Part shown: positions 40,147-52,100 of the stretch, one piece after another
Layout: each line of letters begins with the position of its first letter
Numbering within the stretch: the first letter of the stretch is position 1
NCBI GenBank assembly: GCA_027008775.1
Contig: JALVDV010000005.1
Location: forward strand, 3,300-67,299
DNA length: 64,000 nucleotides
DNA from: Candidatus Moraniibacteriota bacterium
GTDB taxonomy: Bacteria; Patescibacteriota; Minisyncoccia; Moranbacterales; DUUL01
Reading direction: 5' to 3'
Translations under genes and position numbers: made by a program
The notes under the pieces: model-generated
Database searches by the model: none
The model's input: only the letters and a program-made list of their open reading frames with translations
Told to the model about the DNA's origin: nothing

Positions 40147-40722
40147 TTAACGATGGACCGGCTTCCCCTGGGAATTTAGGCAATAGTCCGCCCAACTGAC
40201 AGGGTAACCGTAAGGATTGACTTCGCTACACTTGGGCACTCCTTGACCGACATAGGTTATCGTCCAAACTCCGTTACTTTTATGAGCAAACCAACCGGCG
40301 CCGCCAATATCGTTCTTGTCCTTGACTGTTCCCCGAGCAATAGTTCCGTTGTTGTCGGCGATATCAAACATAAAGTCGGCCGGATTGATACCCGTTTTAT
40401 CAAGGAGGGCTTGCTTGATAAGATCCCTATCACTCTTAGTGGGGGTTTGAGCTTGCTGGGAATTATTACTTTCAGACAAAGAGCGGGGAGTGGATTGTTT
40501 TCCGGAGGCGTTGTCACCGGTAGCGAAAGCTTCGCTGGGGGAATTGCTTGTTTTTCCCTGAATTGTTTTAGCCGGCTCTTTGTTTAAGTTACCGCCGTTG
40601 GTTTGAGAAATTCTACTTTGGTAGTAAAAACCCAGCCAGATAGCAACGGCAATGATGATAGCTCCGGCAATAATGGCAAGAACTACCGCTGAAGTATCAC
40701 CCTTGTTACCAAGATTTTTCAT
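40147..40722 (-). CDS. single-pass membrane protein with a class-III-like (KG/) signal, Ser/Thr linker and Cys-containing C-terminal domain
   Basis: MKNLGNKG-DTSAVVLAII...; GWFAHKSNGVW...PKC...DYC. Confidence 0.65.
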   Translation of the reverse strand: MKNLGNKGDTSAVVLAIIAGAIIIAVAIWLGFYYQSRISQTNGGNLNKEPAKTIQGKTSNSPSEAFATGDNASGKQSTPRSLSESNNSQQAQTPTKSDRDLIKQALLDKTGINPADFMFDIADNNGTIARGTVKDKNDIGGAGWFAHKSNGVWTITYVGQGVPKCSEVNPYGYPVSWADYCLNSQGKPVHR

Positions 40723-40825
40723 TGTTTGAAGATTAATTTTTAAGCAAGGTTTAAACTGTTTGGCTATTGAAATTTATTTAATGAACCAATTTGGAAACTC
40801 GGAGAGTGGGTGGTTTTGCCGGAGC

Positions 40826-43810
40826 TTACTCGGTAACAAATTTTTTGTGTACCCAACCTTTGATTTCTTCTTGGCCATCTTGGGCGGGAATAATAATTTG
40901 TATCCAATTTCCTTTCTCACCTATTTTTTGAAAACGGCCCGTTTCTTTAATCTTGGTTAGTTTTTGGGCGGAAAGAGAAGCATCGGCCCGGACATTAATG
41001 GGTCCCTCGGAATCAACAGAGATGGTTACCATTTCTTTCTCCGCAGAAGTTGACTGTTTTTCTTTGTCATTGTTTTCTGCCCGGTTATTTGCAGTCGCTT
41101 TTTCCTCTTTGTTTTCGCTTCCTTTTTGTTCTGCCCCCTCTTCCGCAGTTGCTTGCTCTCCTTTGGCGGAAAAATTGACCTTTCCGTTTTCTAAATTCTG
41201 GAGAAGTTCCTCAAAGTGTTTCTTGAGTGTTTTGTTTTTTTCCGAATCTCCAAGTAAGCCAATGATTTTTTTATAAACGTCTTTAGCTTTGTCTATTTGA
41301 TTGGTTTGTTCATAAAAGATGGCCAGTTCGGAAAGAATTTTGACGTTGGTGGGATATTTCTTGCCAAGGGCGACCAATATTTTTTCCGCTTTAGTCAGAT
41401 TGTCTTGTCCGCCCTTCTCCTGATAAAGCTTGGCCAGATTTATTTTGTAAAAAATGTTTTTGGGATCTAGGAGAATAGCTTTAGCCGTATTGACAATAGC
41501 CTTGTCCAGGTCTCCCTGTAAATAGTAAACTGTGGCCAGGCGGTCATATAAGACCGGGGAATTAGGGTCTAATCTTAGTCCTTTTTGGTACCAGTAAATA
41601 GCTTGTCCGGCCAGCTTGTTTCTCTCTTTCTTGTCGCCCGTAGAAACGGCGTCGGCTACCCAAAGGTCGCCCAAGGCCAAGTAATTTGACAAGGTGTTGG
41701 GTTCCAGTTCAATAGCCCGACGATAAAATTCTTTTAGTTTATCTCGTTCCTGAGGAAGATATTTGGAATAAATATCTGCCAAGACGTTCACTGTTTCAAC
41801 ATTATTGGGCATCAATTTTTTGGCTTGATTGGCGTGCCGAATGGCTTCGGCGATTTTTTCGTTGTTTTCTTTTTTAATTTTTTCGCTGTCTTCTTTTTTG
41901 TTAACAGGTTTAACAGCCAGAGCCGTGGCTTCAGCCAACTTGAGGTAATAGTAACCTTCTTTACTTTGATCACCATAAATAATCCTTTTTAGTTTTCGCA
42001 AGGCTTCATCGTTTTCATTGTCTGATTGTTGACCGGCAGAAACAATCCGGGCTAATTTAACGTCGGTGATAAATCTTTGCGCATTGTAGATGCCACCGGC
42101 AACTAAAACAAGGAAAAGAACTATGAGAGATCCGCTCAGACCAATCATGGCCGCTGATGGTTTTTTCAGGTCAACTTGCAAAAATTTTTCTTTTCTTTGG
42201 CGAAGGATGAAAGCGAAGATTAGACCTGTAAGAAGAAGCCCCAGAAAAGCATTACTGGCATCTATACGATTGGTAAAAGCGTTCCAAAGCCAAACAAGGA
42301 GCGCGCTGCTGAGTCCGGCGAAATAAATTTTGTCAAAGGAAAAATCGGTTTCTTCAGTATTTTTACCTTCCGGCCAAGGATTGATGAAAATTTCTTTGAT
42401 AACAATGACCACCAGCCAAATTACCAGCAATCCGCCCAAGAGTCCGATGGTGGGAATAGCCTCTCCCAGAAGCCCGTCGCCCTGGTAGAGATAGCTGACG
42501 CCCCTAACGGGAGAAACAAGCTTGGCCGGATGAAATTTGGCGAAGTCATAACTGAAGGTGGCCGGACCGCTGCCAAGAAGACTTTGTTTGTAGCCGGTTG
42601 TTAGGGATTTTTCAGCAATTTCCACTGTTAGCGGTATTCCCACTCGCACCTCTTGATTTAGTTTTACCTTTGGCCGAAGAGATAAATAGGTTCCATATTG
42701 GGAAACCATTAAACCGGCGATAAGCAGAACAATAACAATCAGAGAAAGTGTCAATTTGGAGAAGAAATTGTCTTTAAAGGAATGGAGAGGAGCTGTTGGT
42801 TCTTTTTTGAAATAAACCAAGTAGGTGAATAAAATCACTCCCAAGAATAAGCCACTCCAGGAAACTAAATTTTTGATAACCAACAGATCCAAAAGACCCA
42901 GGACGGTGGCCACTGAGAGAATGGCGACCGCTAAAACTTTAAGGACTTTTTTCTTTGTCTGGGCCAATAAAAGAATACCGGCCAAAAAAATTGGCAACAC
43001 TACCGAGAGAAGAACCGCTAAGCTTTTTAAGGAACCGGTCGGGCTGTAAGGCAAATACTGCAAAGAGTTTTTAGGAATCAGGAGAAAGTTAATCAAAAAG
43101 ACATAAATGGAAACAATTACGCCGGCGGCCGTTAATGGTCGCAGAGCCCTTTTGGCTCCGGTAATATCCAGAAAATTGACAAGAAGATAAAACAAGACCA
43201 CTCCCGACAAGACGGTTAGAAATCCCTTGGAAGGGTCAATGAAAAAGCCAAAAAAACTGTGCCACTTGTCAACGGAAAATAGGGCCGAGATTAAAATTAG
43301 AAGAAGAAAGAGGGGTAAGGCTTTGTCAAAAGGAGTTTGAAGAAATTTAAATTTCCTTTTCAAAATTATTTTGAGAAAAACCAAGGTGAATAAAAAGGCC
43401 GACACAACAGATAAGAGAATGGTCTTTTCAAAATTAATGCCTTGAAAAGTTTGACCGGTAAAAAATAGCGGAATTAGCAAAAAAAGCAGTGTCAATGAGC
43501 ATTGAATAAATGTGTAGAACGCGCCCTTCTTTTTTTTGTTTTGTTTTTGAGAAGATAATTTTCTTTTAGTGCTTTGACCGTTATTTTTTTTGAAGGAGAA
43601 AAAACTTCCTTTCTTGGAACTTGACAACTTGGTTCGTCGTAGCAATTTTTTGGCGCTTGTCAATTTTCCGACCTTACTTGGGCTAGCGTCCTTGCTCTTT
43701 TTGCGATTCCGGCGCGTAGGTGATTTGGTTTTACTATTTGTTTCTTCTTTAGCGGTGATATTTTTTTTGGCAAAAAAACTATCTATGGAACTGTCCGTTT
43801 TTTTCTTCAT
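40826..43810 (-). CDS. O-antigen-ligase-like polytopic membrane protein with TPR repeats and a C-terminal SH3b domain
   Basis: About 12 TM helices; LLGSGPATFSYDF (Wzy_C-like); TPR motifs AIELEPN, GLRLDPN, AILLDPKN; SH3b-like INVR...WIQI...GWVHKKFV. Confidence 0.75.
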   Translation of the reverse strand: MKKKTDSSIDSFFAKKNITAKEETNSKTKSPTRRNRKKSKDASPSKVGKLTSAKKLLRRTKLSSSKKGSFFSFKKNNGQSTKRKLSSQKQNKKKKGAFYTFIQCSLTLLFLLIPLFFTGQTFQGINFEKTILLSVVSAFLFTLVFLKIILKRKFKFLQTPFDKALPLFLLLILISALFSVDKWHSFFGFFIDPSKGFLTVLSGVVLFYLLVNFLDITGAKRALRPLTAAGVIVSIYVFLINFLLIPKNSLQYLPYSPTGSLKSLAVLLSVVLPIFLAGILLLAQTKKKVLKVLAVAILSVATVLGLLDLLVIKNLVSWSGLFLGVILFTYLVYFKKEPTAPLHSFKDNFFSKLTLSLIVIVLLIAGLMVSQYGTYLSLRPKVKLNQEVRVGIPLTVEIAEKSLTTGYKQSLLGSGPATFSYDFAKFHPAKLVSPVRGVSYLYQGDGLLGEAIPTIGLLGGLLVIWLVVIVIKEIFINPWPEGKNTEETDFSFDKIYFAGLSSALLVWLWNAFTNRIDASNAFLGLLLTGLIFAFILRQRKEKFLQVDLKKPSAAMIGLSGSLIVLFLVLVAGGIYNAQRFITDVKLARIVSAGQQSDNENDEALRKLKRIIYGDQSKEGYYYLKLAEATALAVKPVNKKEDSEKIKKENNEKIAEAIRHANQAKKLMPNNVETVNVLADIYSKYLPQERDKLKEFYRRAIELEPNTLSNYLALGDLWVADAVSTGDKKERNKLAGQAIYWYQKGLRLDPNSPVLYDRLATVYYLQGDLDKAIVNTAKAILLDPKNIFYKINLAKLYQEKGGQDNLTKAEKILVALGKKYPTNVKILSELAIFYEQTNQIDKAKDVYKKIIGLLGDSEKNKTLKKHFEELLQNLENGKVNFSAKGEQATAEEGAEQKGSENKEEKATANNRAENNDKEKQSTSAEKEMVTISVDSEGPINVRADASLSAQKLTKIKETGRFQKIGEKGNWIQIIIPAQDGQEEIKGWVHKKFVTE

Positions 43811-43888
43811 TTTTTTATTTTTATATTAGTTTTTATTTTAAAATTATTTTGTGACTTTATGTGACTCTGTTTGCAAATACGCAACTAT

Positions 43889-45373
43889 TTACTTGGCCGG
43901 TTCGGCTTGTAATTTGGGATGTCGGATTATAATTTTTTTGGTTAAAACCCCGGCGTCGTAAACTTTAATGCGCTTACGGAAATTTAAACCTTTATTTGTC
44001 TCAATTTCCAGTATATATTCTCCCGGATCTAAAACAATATAGTAATTTCCCTTGGTGTTGGTAACGGCGCGGGTGATTATCTTTCCGCTTTGCGGTTCCA
44101 ATATTTTGACTATGGCAAATGGTTCCGGTCTTCCATTTTCATCAACAATTCTGCCAAATTTAGCTTTGCCCAGAAAGATTAATTTGAAAAACAAAATGAT
44201 GAGATAGAATCCAAAGACTATGAAATTGAATATTTTAGGACTAGCATAAACGCTCCAGAGACTAAAAGCAAAGCCAATATAAAACAAGATATTGAAGACA
44301 ATTTGCCAAACCTTACCTCTAACTAAAACGTTAACAAGCCCGAAACCGGAAATACTAGCCTGTTCTTTAAGGATAGCGATGTTTTTCTTAACAATACCCG
44401 GTTTGTTTAATTCAATATCTAAATTTAAATCTTCTTTCTTTAGAATATTTTTTAAAAATGAAACTTCATCAAGCTTGACGATTTTGTAACCTTTTTTGTA
44501 AACCTTCAAATGGAACTTACCCGGAGGAACTAAAAAGTAGTACATTCCGTTTTTGTCGGTAAATTTGGTGGCTTGAACACGACCGGTTTCACTGTTTATC
44601 AAGTCAACTCGGGCAAGACTAATTGGTTCGCCGGTTTCAATATCGTAAATCATACCTTTCTTGTAATTTCTGCTCTTGGAGAGTAAACCGAGCAAGGAGG
44701 CAAACATTTGTCCAAGAGCTAAAAATAAATTGGAAAGACCGTTGAGGGAAATCAACAACATTAAAAGGGAGGCGGAGGCGGTAGCATTGGCGATGGCGCT
44801 AACCCCTTTAACTCTCGCCGGATCAGTGATTGTTAAATCAATTTTTTGTTTAAGACCGGCTATTTTCTCAACATAATCCGGCAACTCCACTTTCTTGCCG
44901 AAGTTTCCGCTATTTGTTCTGAAAGTTAAATTTAACTCCGGCCCAGATGTTTTTGAGTCTGGCAAAACCCCGACTATCACCCAGTATCCCTCTACTTGAG
45001 AACTGAGAATTTGGTAAACGAAATAATCTCCGTCTTTTCCCTTGGATTGATAGTTGACTCTTTGCCAATGTCCATCTTGATAATGTAAGAAGATGACATC
45101 CTTGATTTTGTTTTTATTATACCAGTTTTTATCAACAATAAATTTTATTTTTACCCCACTGACGGAGATCGTTTGATCAAACTGAAAAAGAATATATTTG
45201 TAAATCAAGTATTTGTCTTGCCGATAGTATTTATCATCTAATTTTACATTTGACGGAAGCTCCGATAGATATTTTATTTTTAAATTGGCGGCCTCGGCCC
45301 CATACTGGAATAGACCTAGTAACAATAAAATACTAAAAAAAGTCGCTACCACTGTGGAAATTCCTTTAAACAT
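43889..45373 (-). CDS. membrane protein with a PGF-pre-PGF-like domain and two carboxypeptidase-regulatory-like domains
   Basis: IKFIVDKNW...LHYQDGHW...YFVY; GMIYDIETGEPISLARV...TDKNGMY and GRIVDENGRP...TNTKGNY separated by TM helices. Confidence 0.65.
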   Translation of the reverse strand: MFKGISTVVATFFSILLLLGLFQYGAEAANLKIKYLSELPSNVKLDDKYYRQDKYLIYKYILFQFDQTISVSGVKIKFIVDKNWYNKNKIKDVIFLHYQDGHWQRVNYQSKGKDGDYFVYQILSSQVEGYWVIVGVLPDSKTSGPELNLTFRTNSGNFGKKVELPDYVEKIAGLKQKIDLTITDPARVKGVSAIANATASASLLMLLISLNGLSNLFLALGQMFASLLGLLSKSRNYKKGMIYDIETGEPISLARVDLINSETGRVQATKFTDKNGMYYFLVPPGKFHLKVYKKGYKIVKLDEVSFLKNILKKEDLNLDIELNKPGIVKKNIAILKEQASISGFGLVNVLVRGKVWQIVFNILFYIGFAFSLWSVYASPKIFNFIVFGFYLIILFFKLIFLGKAKFGRIVDENGRPEPFAIVKILEPQSGKIITRAVTNTKGNYYIVLDPGEYILEIETNKGLNFRKRIKVYDAGVLTKKIIIRHPKLQAEPAK

Positions 45374-45482
45374 TGTTTTTAAATTTTACTTTGACCTAAA
45401 ACCTCGGCTTGACCAGTTGTGGGACTAATTGCTGGGGAGTTGTTTTTGGTGAGAATTTAAAACTTTGACAGAAATTTAAAAA

Positions 45483-45950
45483 TTAATTGTCCACCACTAC
45501 TGAATCAGCGCCAAATTCGTCTCCCTCCATCTCAAAGTCGCCCACTCCAATTGAACTTTGGTCCTCTTGGATGTTTATGTCTTCATTTGGACCGGAATTG
45601 TTTTTCTTCAGTTGGAAGATGTAAAACAAGCCGGCTCCCAACAAGGCCAGTAAAAGCAAAATAATGATAATGGTGATTATTCTCCTTAGCAATTTCCCCT
45701 CCTCTTTAATTTCAATGACCTCTCCTTCTTGTTTTTGTTGATCGGTGTTGTTTTCGCTATTTTTGGACGAAGCGGTGGTATGGCTCATCTCAGATTTTCG
45801 TTCGTCGGTTTCTTGAAAATCTGTGCTTGACTCTTCTTTTTCGGAAAGGTTTTTTGTTTGGATTTGATCGTCGGAAGTATTTGTAGACTGCTGAAAATCA
45901 TTTTCGGGAGATTCTTCTGAAAGAAAGGGGCTTTTAGTTTTGTTGTCCAT
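45483..45950 (-). CDS. acidic, disordered single-pass membrane protein
   Basis: S/T/E/D-rich N-terminus and one long hydrophobic helix. Confidence 0.65.
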   Translation of the reverse strand: MDNKTKSPFLSEESPENDFQQSTNTSDDQIQTKNLSEKEESSTDFQETDERKSEMSHTTASSKNSENNTDQQKQEGEVIEIKEEGKLLRRIITIIIILLLLALLGAGLFYIFQLKKNNSGPNEDINIQEDQSSIGVGDFEMEGDEFGADSVVVDN

Positions 45951-46070
45951 AATTTTCTTTTTTAGTTTTTGTTTTAATTTGGTTTCTGCTATTTTTAGAA
46001 AAAGAAATTGCTTCTCTAAAAGAGATTATAACACATATAAAACTAAAAACAAGCATTTTACTTTTAAAAC

Positions 46071-46097
46071 AAAACCCCGTTTATAAGTGGGGTTTTT
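46071..46097. terminator. intrinsic terminator after the 2264-aa gene
   Basis: AAAACCCC...GGGGTTTTT hairpin with flanking A/T tracts. Confidence 0.55.
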
Positions 46098-46149
46098 GAG
46101 TTAAGTGATTTTTTTGTCAGTGATTCGCAATTTGAAACTGAGTATTTTG

Positions 46150-49100
46150 CTATTCCCTGTTTACCAATAACCATTCAACTTTGATGTCTTCTTCGGCTTC
46201 TTTTGCCAGAACAATCTCAAAACTTTCGCCTTTTTTAATTTTTCCCACACCAACCACCACAGCGCCGTGAGGAGTAAGGATAATATGAGAGCCAGCAGAG
46301 ACTTTATCTGTTTCTACAACCACTTTTTTCTTACCGGCTTTAATGGTAGCCGTACCAATATTATTTTCGTCGGAAATCGTCAGATTATCGGTAGCCAATT
46401 CTTTCGCTTCTAATTTCTCCGTTTTTATTTCTTCAACCACCAACTTGCCATCTAGAGTAAATTCAACCTTTTTGCCTTCTTTTTGCAAAGATTTTAGATT
46501 CTCGGCGAAGATTTGTAAAGATTTTGGCAAGTCTGTTTTCTCTTCTTGATCTAGATTTGCACCGTTGTCTTTAAGAATACTTTCCAATTTGCTGATCCTT
46601 TTTTCATGATCAGAAAGAGTGTTGGTTAGATTCGTTGTAAGTTCTGTTAAACTATTAATATTAGCGCTAAGTGTTTTTAAATTGTTTTCATTATCTTCTA
46701 TGTTTTCTTGATTGATTGCCAATTGTTTGTTGACTTCTTTTAGGGAGTCGTTGATGAGAAGAAGGTTTTGGTTGATGTTTTTTTGCAGATCGCTGAGGGA
46801 ATTGATATTTTGATTGGTCTTGAGACTGAGAACATTTAGAATATTTTCTCCCAGATCTATTTCTTGACCATTTTCTTTAATATAGCCTCCACCGAATGTT
46901 TTGTTTAATTCTTTCATTAATCTTTCCATTTCTATTTGCAAAGTCTGACCGGTCCTGACATTGGTGGAATTATACCACCACTCGCCATTCTTGTTATGGG
47001 GAGAAATTTGGGTAGAGTTGCCACTGTCGTCAAAAGCGTACAATTCGCCACTGCTAGTGTATATTCCGGCAAAACCTTGAGAAGCGGTTGGGGCTGGCGA
47101 ATCTTCCAGCATTAAAGCGCCACCACTGATGGTTAATTTGTAAGCAGGAGAAGCTGTTCCAATTCCCACTCTTTCATCAGTAGTGTCAATACTCAAGATC
47201 GGGGTTCCACCATCAGCATCCAAAAATTGAAACCCATTTGTTGAATCAACAGAATTTTGCAAAGTCAACCTATTGACGCTTGTGTTATATGATATATTTG
47301 AATAACCCAATGTATTGCTACCAATGTTTAAACCGCCGCTTGACGAGAGGTACAAATTTAACCAACGTTTTGAGTCGCTTCCCAAGCTATAGCTACTGTT
47401 ATCCGGACCAACATCTCCGTGCACTTCCAGTTTGAAACTTGGATCGGTTACACCTATTCCCAGATTGCCATCATGATTTAAGACCATGGCTACCTCCGCT
47501 CCGAGATCATTTCCAGGATTGGTTAAAAATTCCAATTTTGATGGCACATTGTCAGTTCCCACTGTGCCGTCAACTTTTACTATTAAACCTCCGGTTGTCA
47601 TATATCTGGTCCCGTCATAAGCAGCTGTGGCAAATTCGGCAATTTCATCACCATCCTGAACAGCCGTTTCCGCTCCTTCGCTACCTCTGGCTTTCAAAAA
47701 GCTAATTCTACCGGGTTCTCCGTCGTCGCCATACTTAACCGCCGTAAACGTTGACATGGCGGTTGGTTCTTGATTCACAACGAAGACAGAATGTTGGGTA
47801 CCAAAGTAGGCCAGGTCGTAGTCTGTTTTTTCTGTTCCGTAGCTCAACAGCCCATTATTATCTATTCTCATCCTTTGTGTACCGGCGGTATCAAAACGAA
47901 TCATATCTTCGTCAGCCGATTCTTCCACTTGGATACCGGTGTCGGAGTCAGCATCCCAGAGAGCGGTTAAATCTCCTTCTTCTAGTAATCTGACCCACCC
48001 AGTATTGGTATTGTCGTTATCATTTTTGATGTAAATATTGCCATTTACACCATCAATGGCCAAGTCGCCTCTGAAAGCCGAAATATTTCCTTCGGGGTTA
48101 GTGGCCGTTTCAAAGATTGATGAATAATCTTCATTTGTATTTTGTAGAATAATTACTGCTCCACTATTATCTTGAGTATTTCTAATGTGCAGCGGGGCTC
48201 CGGGGTTGCTACTTCCTATTCCCACTCTATTGTTTCCATTGACTACAAATTGGATACCATTGTTATTTCTGGTTTCAATTAAGCGATGTAAAGTGGATGC
48301 TTCGGCGTCAACAACTAAATGCGCCGCTTCTCCATTGGTACCCGTTCCTCGAGCCACCAAAGCTCTATCCGTTTGAATATTACCACCAACGACATCCAAA
48401 CGACTGCTTGGAGTAGATGTCCCCAATCCCAGTCTGTCATTAGTATCATCCCAGAAAAAATTATTATTGTCTTGACTGAACAATCCTCCGGCTCCAATGA
48501 AAGGAATTGAACCTTGTGTTAAATCAGAGATGCTTAAAGTTTCGCCGGCGTTTAACAGAATGTCATCTCCGGCGGTGGTTGGGGAAAGATTGGTTCCGTT
48601 CTTTGTCCAAGGAGAATTATTGGCAATCGCGGTATCAACATAAGCTTTATTGGGGATGTCATCATCATCTGTTACTAAAAGTTCGTAATCAGTTGTACCG
48701 GCAACATTTAGAGTGCCGTCATTTTCAATTTCTAATCTTCTTACGGGTGCATCCGTTCCATTTAAGGATGTTTGGAATTGTAGAGCTGCGCCATGCGCTG
48801 TGTTTGTCCAAGTTTCGGTGGCAATGGCATTTATAAATGTTGACGCAACATAATCTGTTGTTGTAGAATTCCTGCCGATAAAACCTATCTGGCCCAATAT
48901 ATCATTCGCCACAACTCCACTTTCCGAAGCCGAATTGTTTTTAGCTCGATATAAAGCGATTCGTGGATAAGCAGAGTCACTGGCGGCGCCAATAAATAAC
49001 ATTGAATCAGTATTTGAATTGCCGTCTGACATAATAGATAATTGGGTCCCATGATGCAATTGGTTTGTGTTATCCAAAAACAAGTTGCCATCTTCCGTGA

Positions 49101-52100
49101 GCCTCAAGAGCGCATTTGTGTCATTAACATTAGCGCCCTGACCGATATAGAAGAAGCCGGGACCGATATTTTCTTCTTCATCAATTCCCATAACCCAATT
49201 GTAGCCGGTATCTCTACCTTCAAGGATAATTTGCGGATCTACACCATCTCGGGATAACTTAGCATTTCCATCATAAACAACCAAACTCTCATCAGGTGTG
49301 GCTGTCCCAATACCAACACGATCCGTTAGAAATTTCTGATAAATATAACCATTGGTTGTATCTCTAAACCAAGGAGAAGCCGATGCTACTTGGTTATCCA
49401 CATATTCCTTGTCCACCAAGGACCGATTGGTGTAGTTGGCGGAATAGTCGGCGGCGTAAACCGCACCTCTGTTGCTCAATAGATCAGTTATTGTTACGTA
49501 ATCGCCAACATTGACGCTAACTCTGCTCCCTACTCCTCCACCCTGATGATAAAGCTCAGAGCTGGTGTGATTATAGGTCATCCCGGAATCTATTAATCCA
49601 TCTGTCATGTTGAAATCAACTGTGTGAGCTCCTGTGCCAGCAATTGATCTATCCTCACTGATTGTTCCATCATTGTTATAAATATTATTAGCGTTAGTAG
49701 CAATTGCATTGTCCACATATTCTTTAGTCGTCAAAGAAGTGTTTCCCCGAGCGTTTATTTCGGCAATGCTAAATTCCGGAGCTAAAATACTGCCGTCAGT
49801 ATAAATCTCAAAAGCATTCATTCTGTTAGACGTTCCCGTTCCAATTCCAACCTCCATTATCGTATCGTTGGCAGTGCCAACATTGTACATTCCTCCGGCA
49901 AATTGATAGTTATTTTGAGCAATGGTTCCAGTTCCTTCGGAGTGAGAACCTGATCCATTGGCCTGAGTAAAAAGACCTTCGGCGTGAGACGCATACCCTC
50001 CGGCAACACTTTGTTGTCCTTCAGCATGAGAAGCATGTCCCTGAGCTCTAGAACCTCGTCCTTCGGCATGAGAGCCTTCACCATTGGCACTAGTAGCTGC
50101 TCCCTCAGCTATAGCGTAGTAAGTGCTTGCTGAAGTGTTATAGCCCATGGCCACAGAATAATTCCCTGTGGCGTCTCCCCCGGAAGCGGTGTTTCCGGTA
50201 GTTCTAATGGAAAAAGTTCCCGAAGATCCCGCCACCCAAAAACTACTGGACGAAACAAGACTGTCTACATAACCTTTGTCAACTAAAGTTCTATCTGTAT
50301 AATTGGCGGAATAATCGGCAAGGTACTCTATGCCTCTATGATTAATGTCATCTCTGATTGTGGCATTTGTATCGGATATATCCAATTGAAAAGTGTTTCC
50401 ACTGGTACTTTCCGTATAGTAGAGATATACTTCATCGGCTTGTATGCCAAAACCGCTATTTTGGGTTCCGTCCTCAACAGATCCCAAAAACTCCGAATCC
50501 GTCAGTTCCATCGTTGTTAAATTGCTGGCTCCATCAGTGATTTCAAACAAAGTGGAATTTAGGTTGTTAAAACTTAAAGCGTGCATACCACCATCTACAC
50601 TTCTATCCCCCGTCAATGTTCCGTTAGAGTTATAGATGTTGGTTATGTTCAGTGTGGAAGGATTTGTCCATGATAAATTGCCGGCGCCATCTGTTTGAAG
50701 TAAATAGCCATTATTGCCATCACTGCTCGGCAGTGTCCAAACAACACTGGAAGCGACATCATTGGGAGCTTTAAAGCCAACATAATCACTTTGACTACCC
50801 GCGAATTCGTGAAGTCTAAAGTCGCCACCATAAAAGTCTAAAGAATCAGTTGTTGTATTGATACCAAAGGAAAGATGGTCGTAGGCCCAATCCCAATCCC
50901 CGAAAGTTACTATCAGATCATCGTTTGCCAATGATCCCCGCGCCCTGAAGATATTTTCTCCGTCTTGATCCCTAAAAGTGGCAATATTCATATAGGCGGG
51001 ATTGGCAGCAACGGCAAAAGTGGATGCTTCGGATGTTCCCGGACCGATTTGCAAAACAGAAACCAATGGATTGTTGCCGATTCCGATACCGGTGTTTCCA
51101 TTGTTATCAATTATAAAGCGTTCCGTACCGGCCGTTTGCATCCTTATATAATCTTCGTCCGGATTAGCTTCAACCTGGATACCGGTATCAGCATCAGCAT
51201 CAAATATGGAATTTCCAACCCGACTATCAACATACTCTTTTGTTGTCAATGCTGTGGCTCCGGCTGCATTGATTTCGGTTAAACTAAAAGATGGGGCTGT
51301 AATTGTCCCGTTTTTTAGAATCACAAAAGCATTACTTCTGTTAGCATTTTGGTAACCGGTTCCATTACCCACAACAAACAAATAATCCGTATCAACCCAA
51401 GTGTCAGAAGATTGATTACTATCTACCACGTTAAATCTTCCGACTGCGGTCATCATATAAGAATTGGCAACTGTGTCGTTGAGCGCCACCGCATTGTTTC
51501 CGCTGGCTTCAGAATAATAACCCGTTGCCAGAGTATATTGCCCACTGGCAGTAGTTCTATATCCAAAAGCGGTGGCGCCTAATCCAGTGGCATTTGTATC
51601 ATTACCCCAAGCAACCGCATAATCATTGCCGGCAATAGTGGAGCGCCCAAAAGCTAGGGAATAATTGTTAGAAGCCGTGGTATCATAACCAAAAGCGGTA
51701 GCGTAAGCTCCGGAAGCAACAGTATTTCTACCAAAAGACAATGACCTAGCACCAGTGGCCTGTGTATTGTAACCAAAAGCAGTTGCTTCATCAGCTGTCG
51801 CTTGATTATTCATCCCCCAGGCCATCGCTCTGACGTCCGTTGCTTGATTGGTCTGACCAAAAACACTACTGGCGTAACCACCGGCGGTGTTTTGGTAGCC
51901 ACCGGCCACCGCATAACTACCGGTGACTGTGTGATATCTTCCCAAAGCGACGGAGTAAACATCGTTTATGTTATTACCACCGCCAAGCGCGCTGGAATAA
52001 TTTCCACTAACAATATTGTTCCGTCCGCTAGCAAAAGAACCGTTGCCAATATTGGCGTCATTCCACTCGTTGTTGTTTGTTTCTCCGAAACGAAGAGCGA

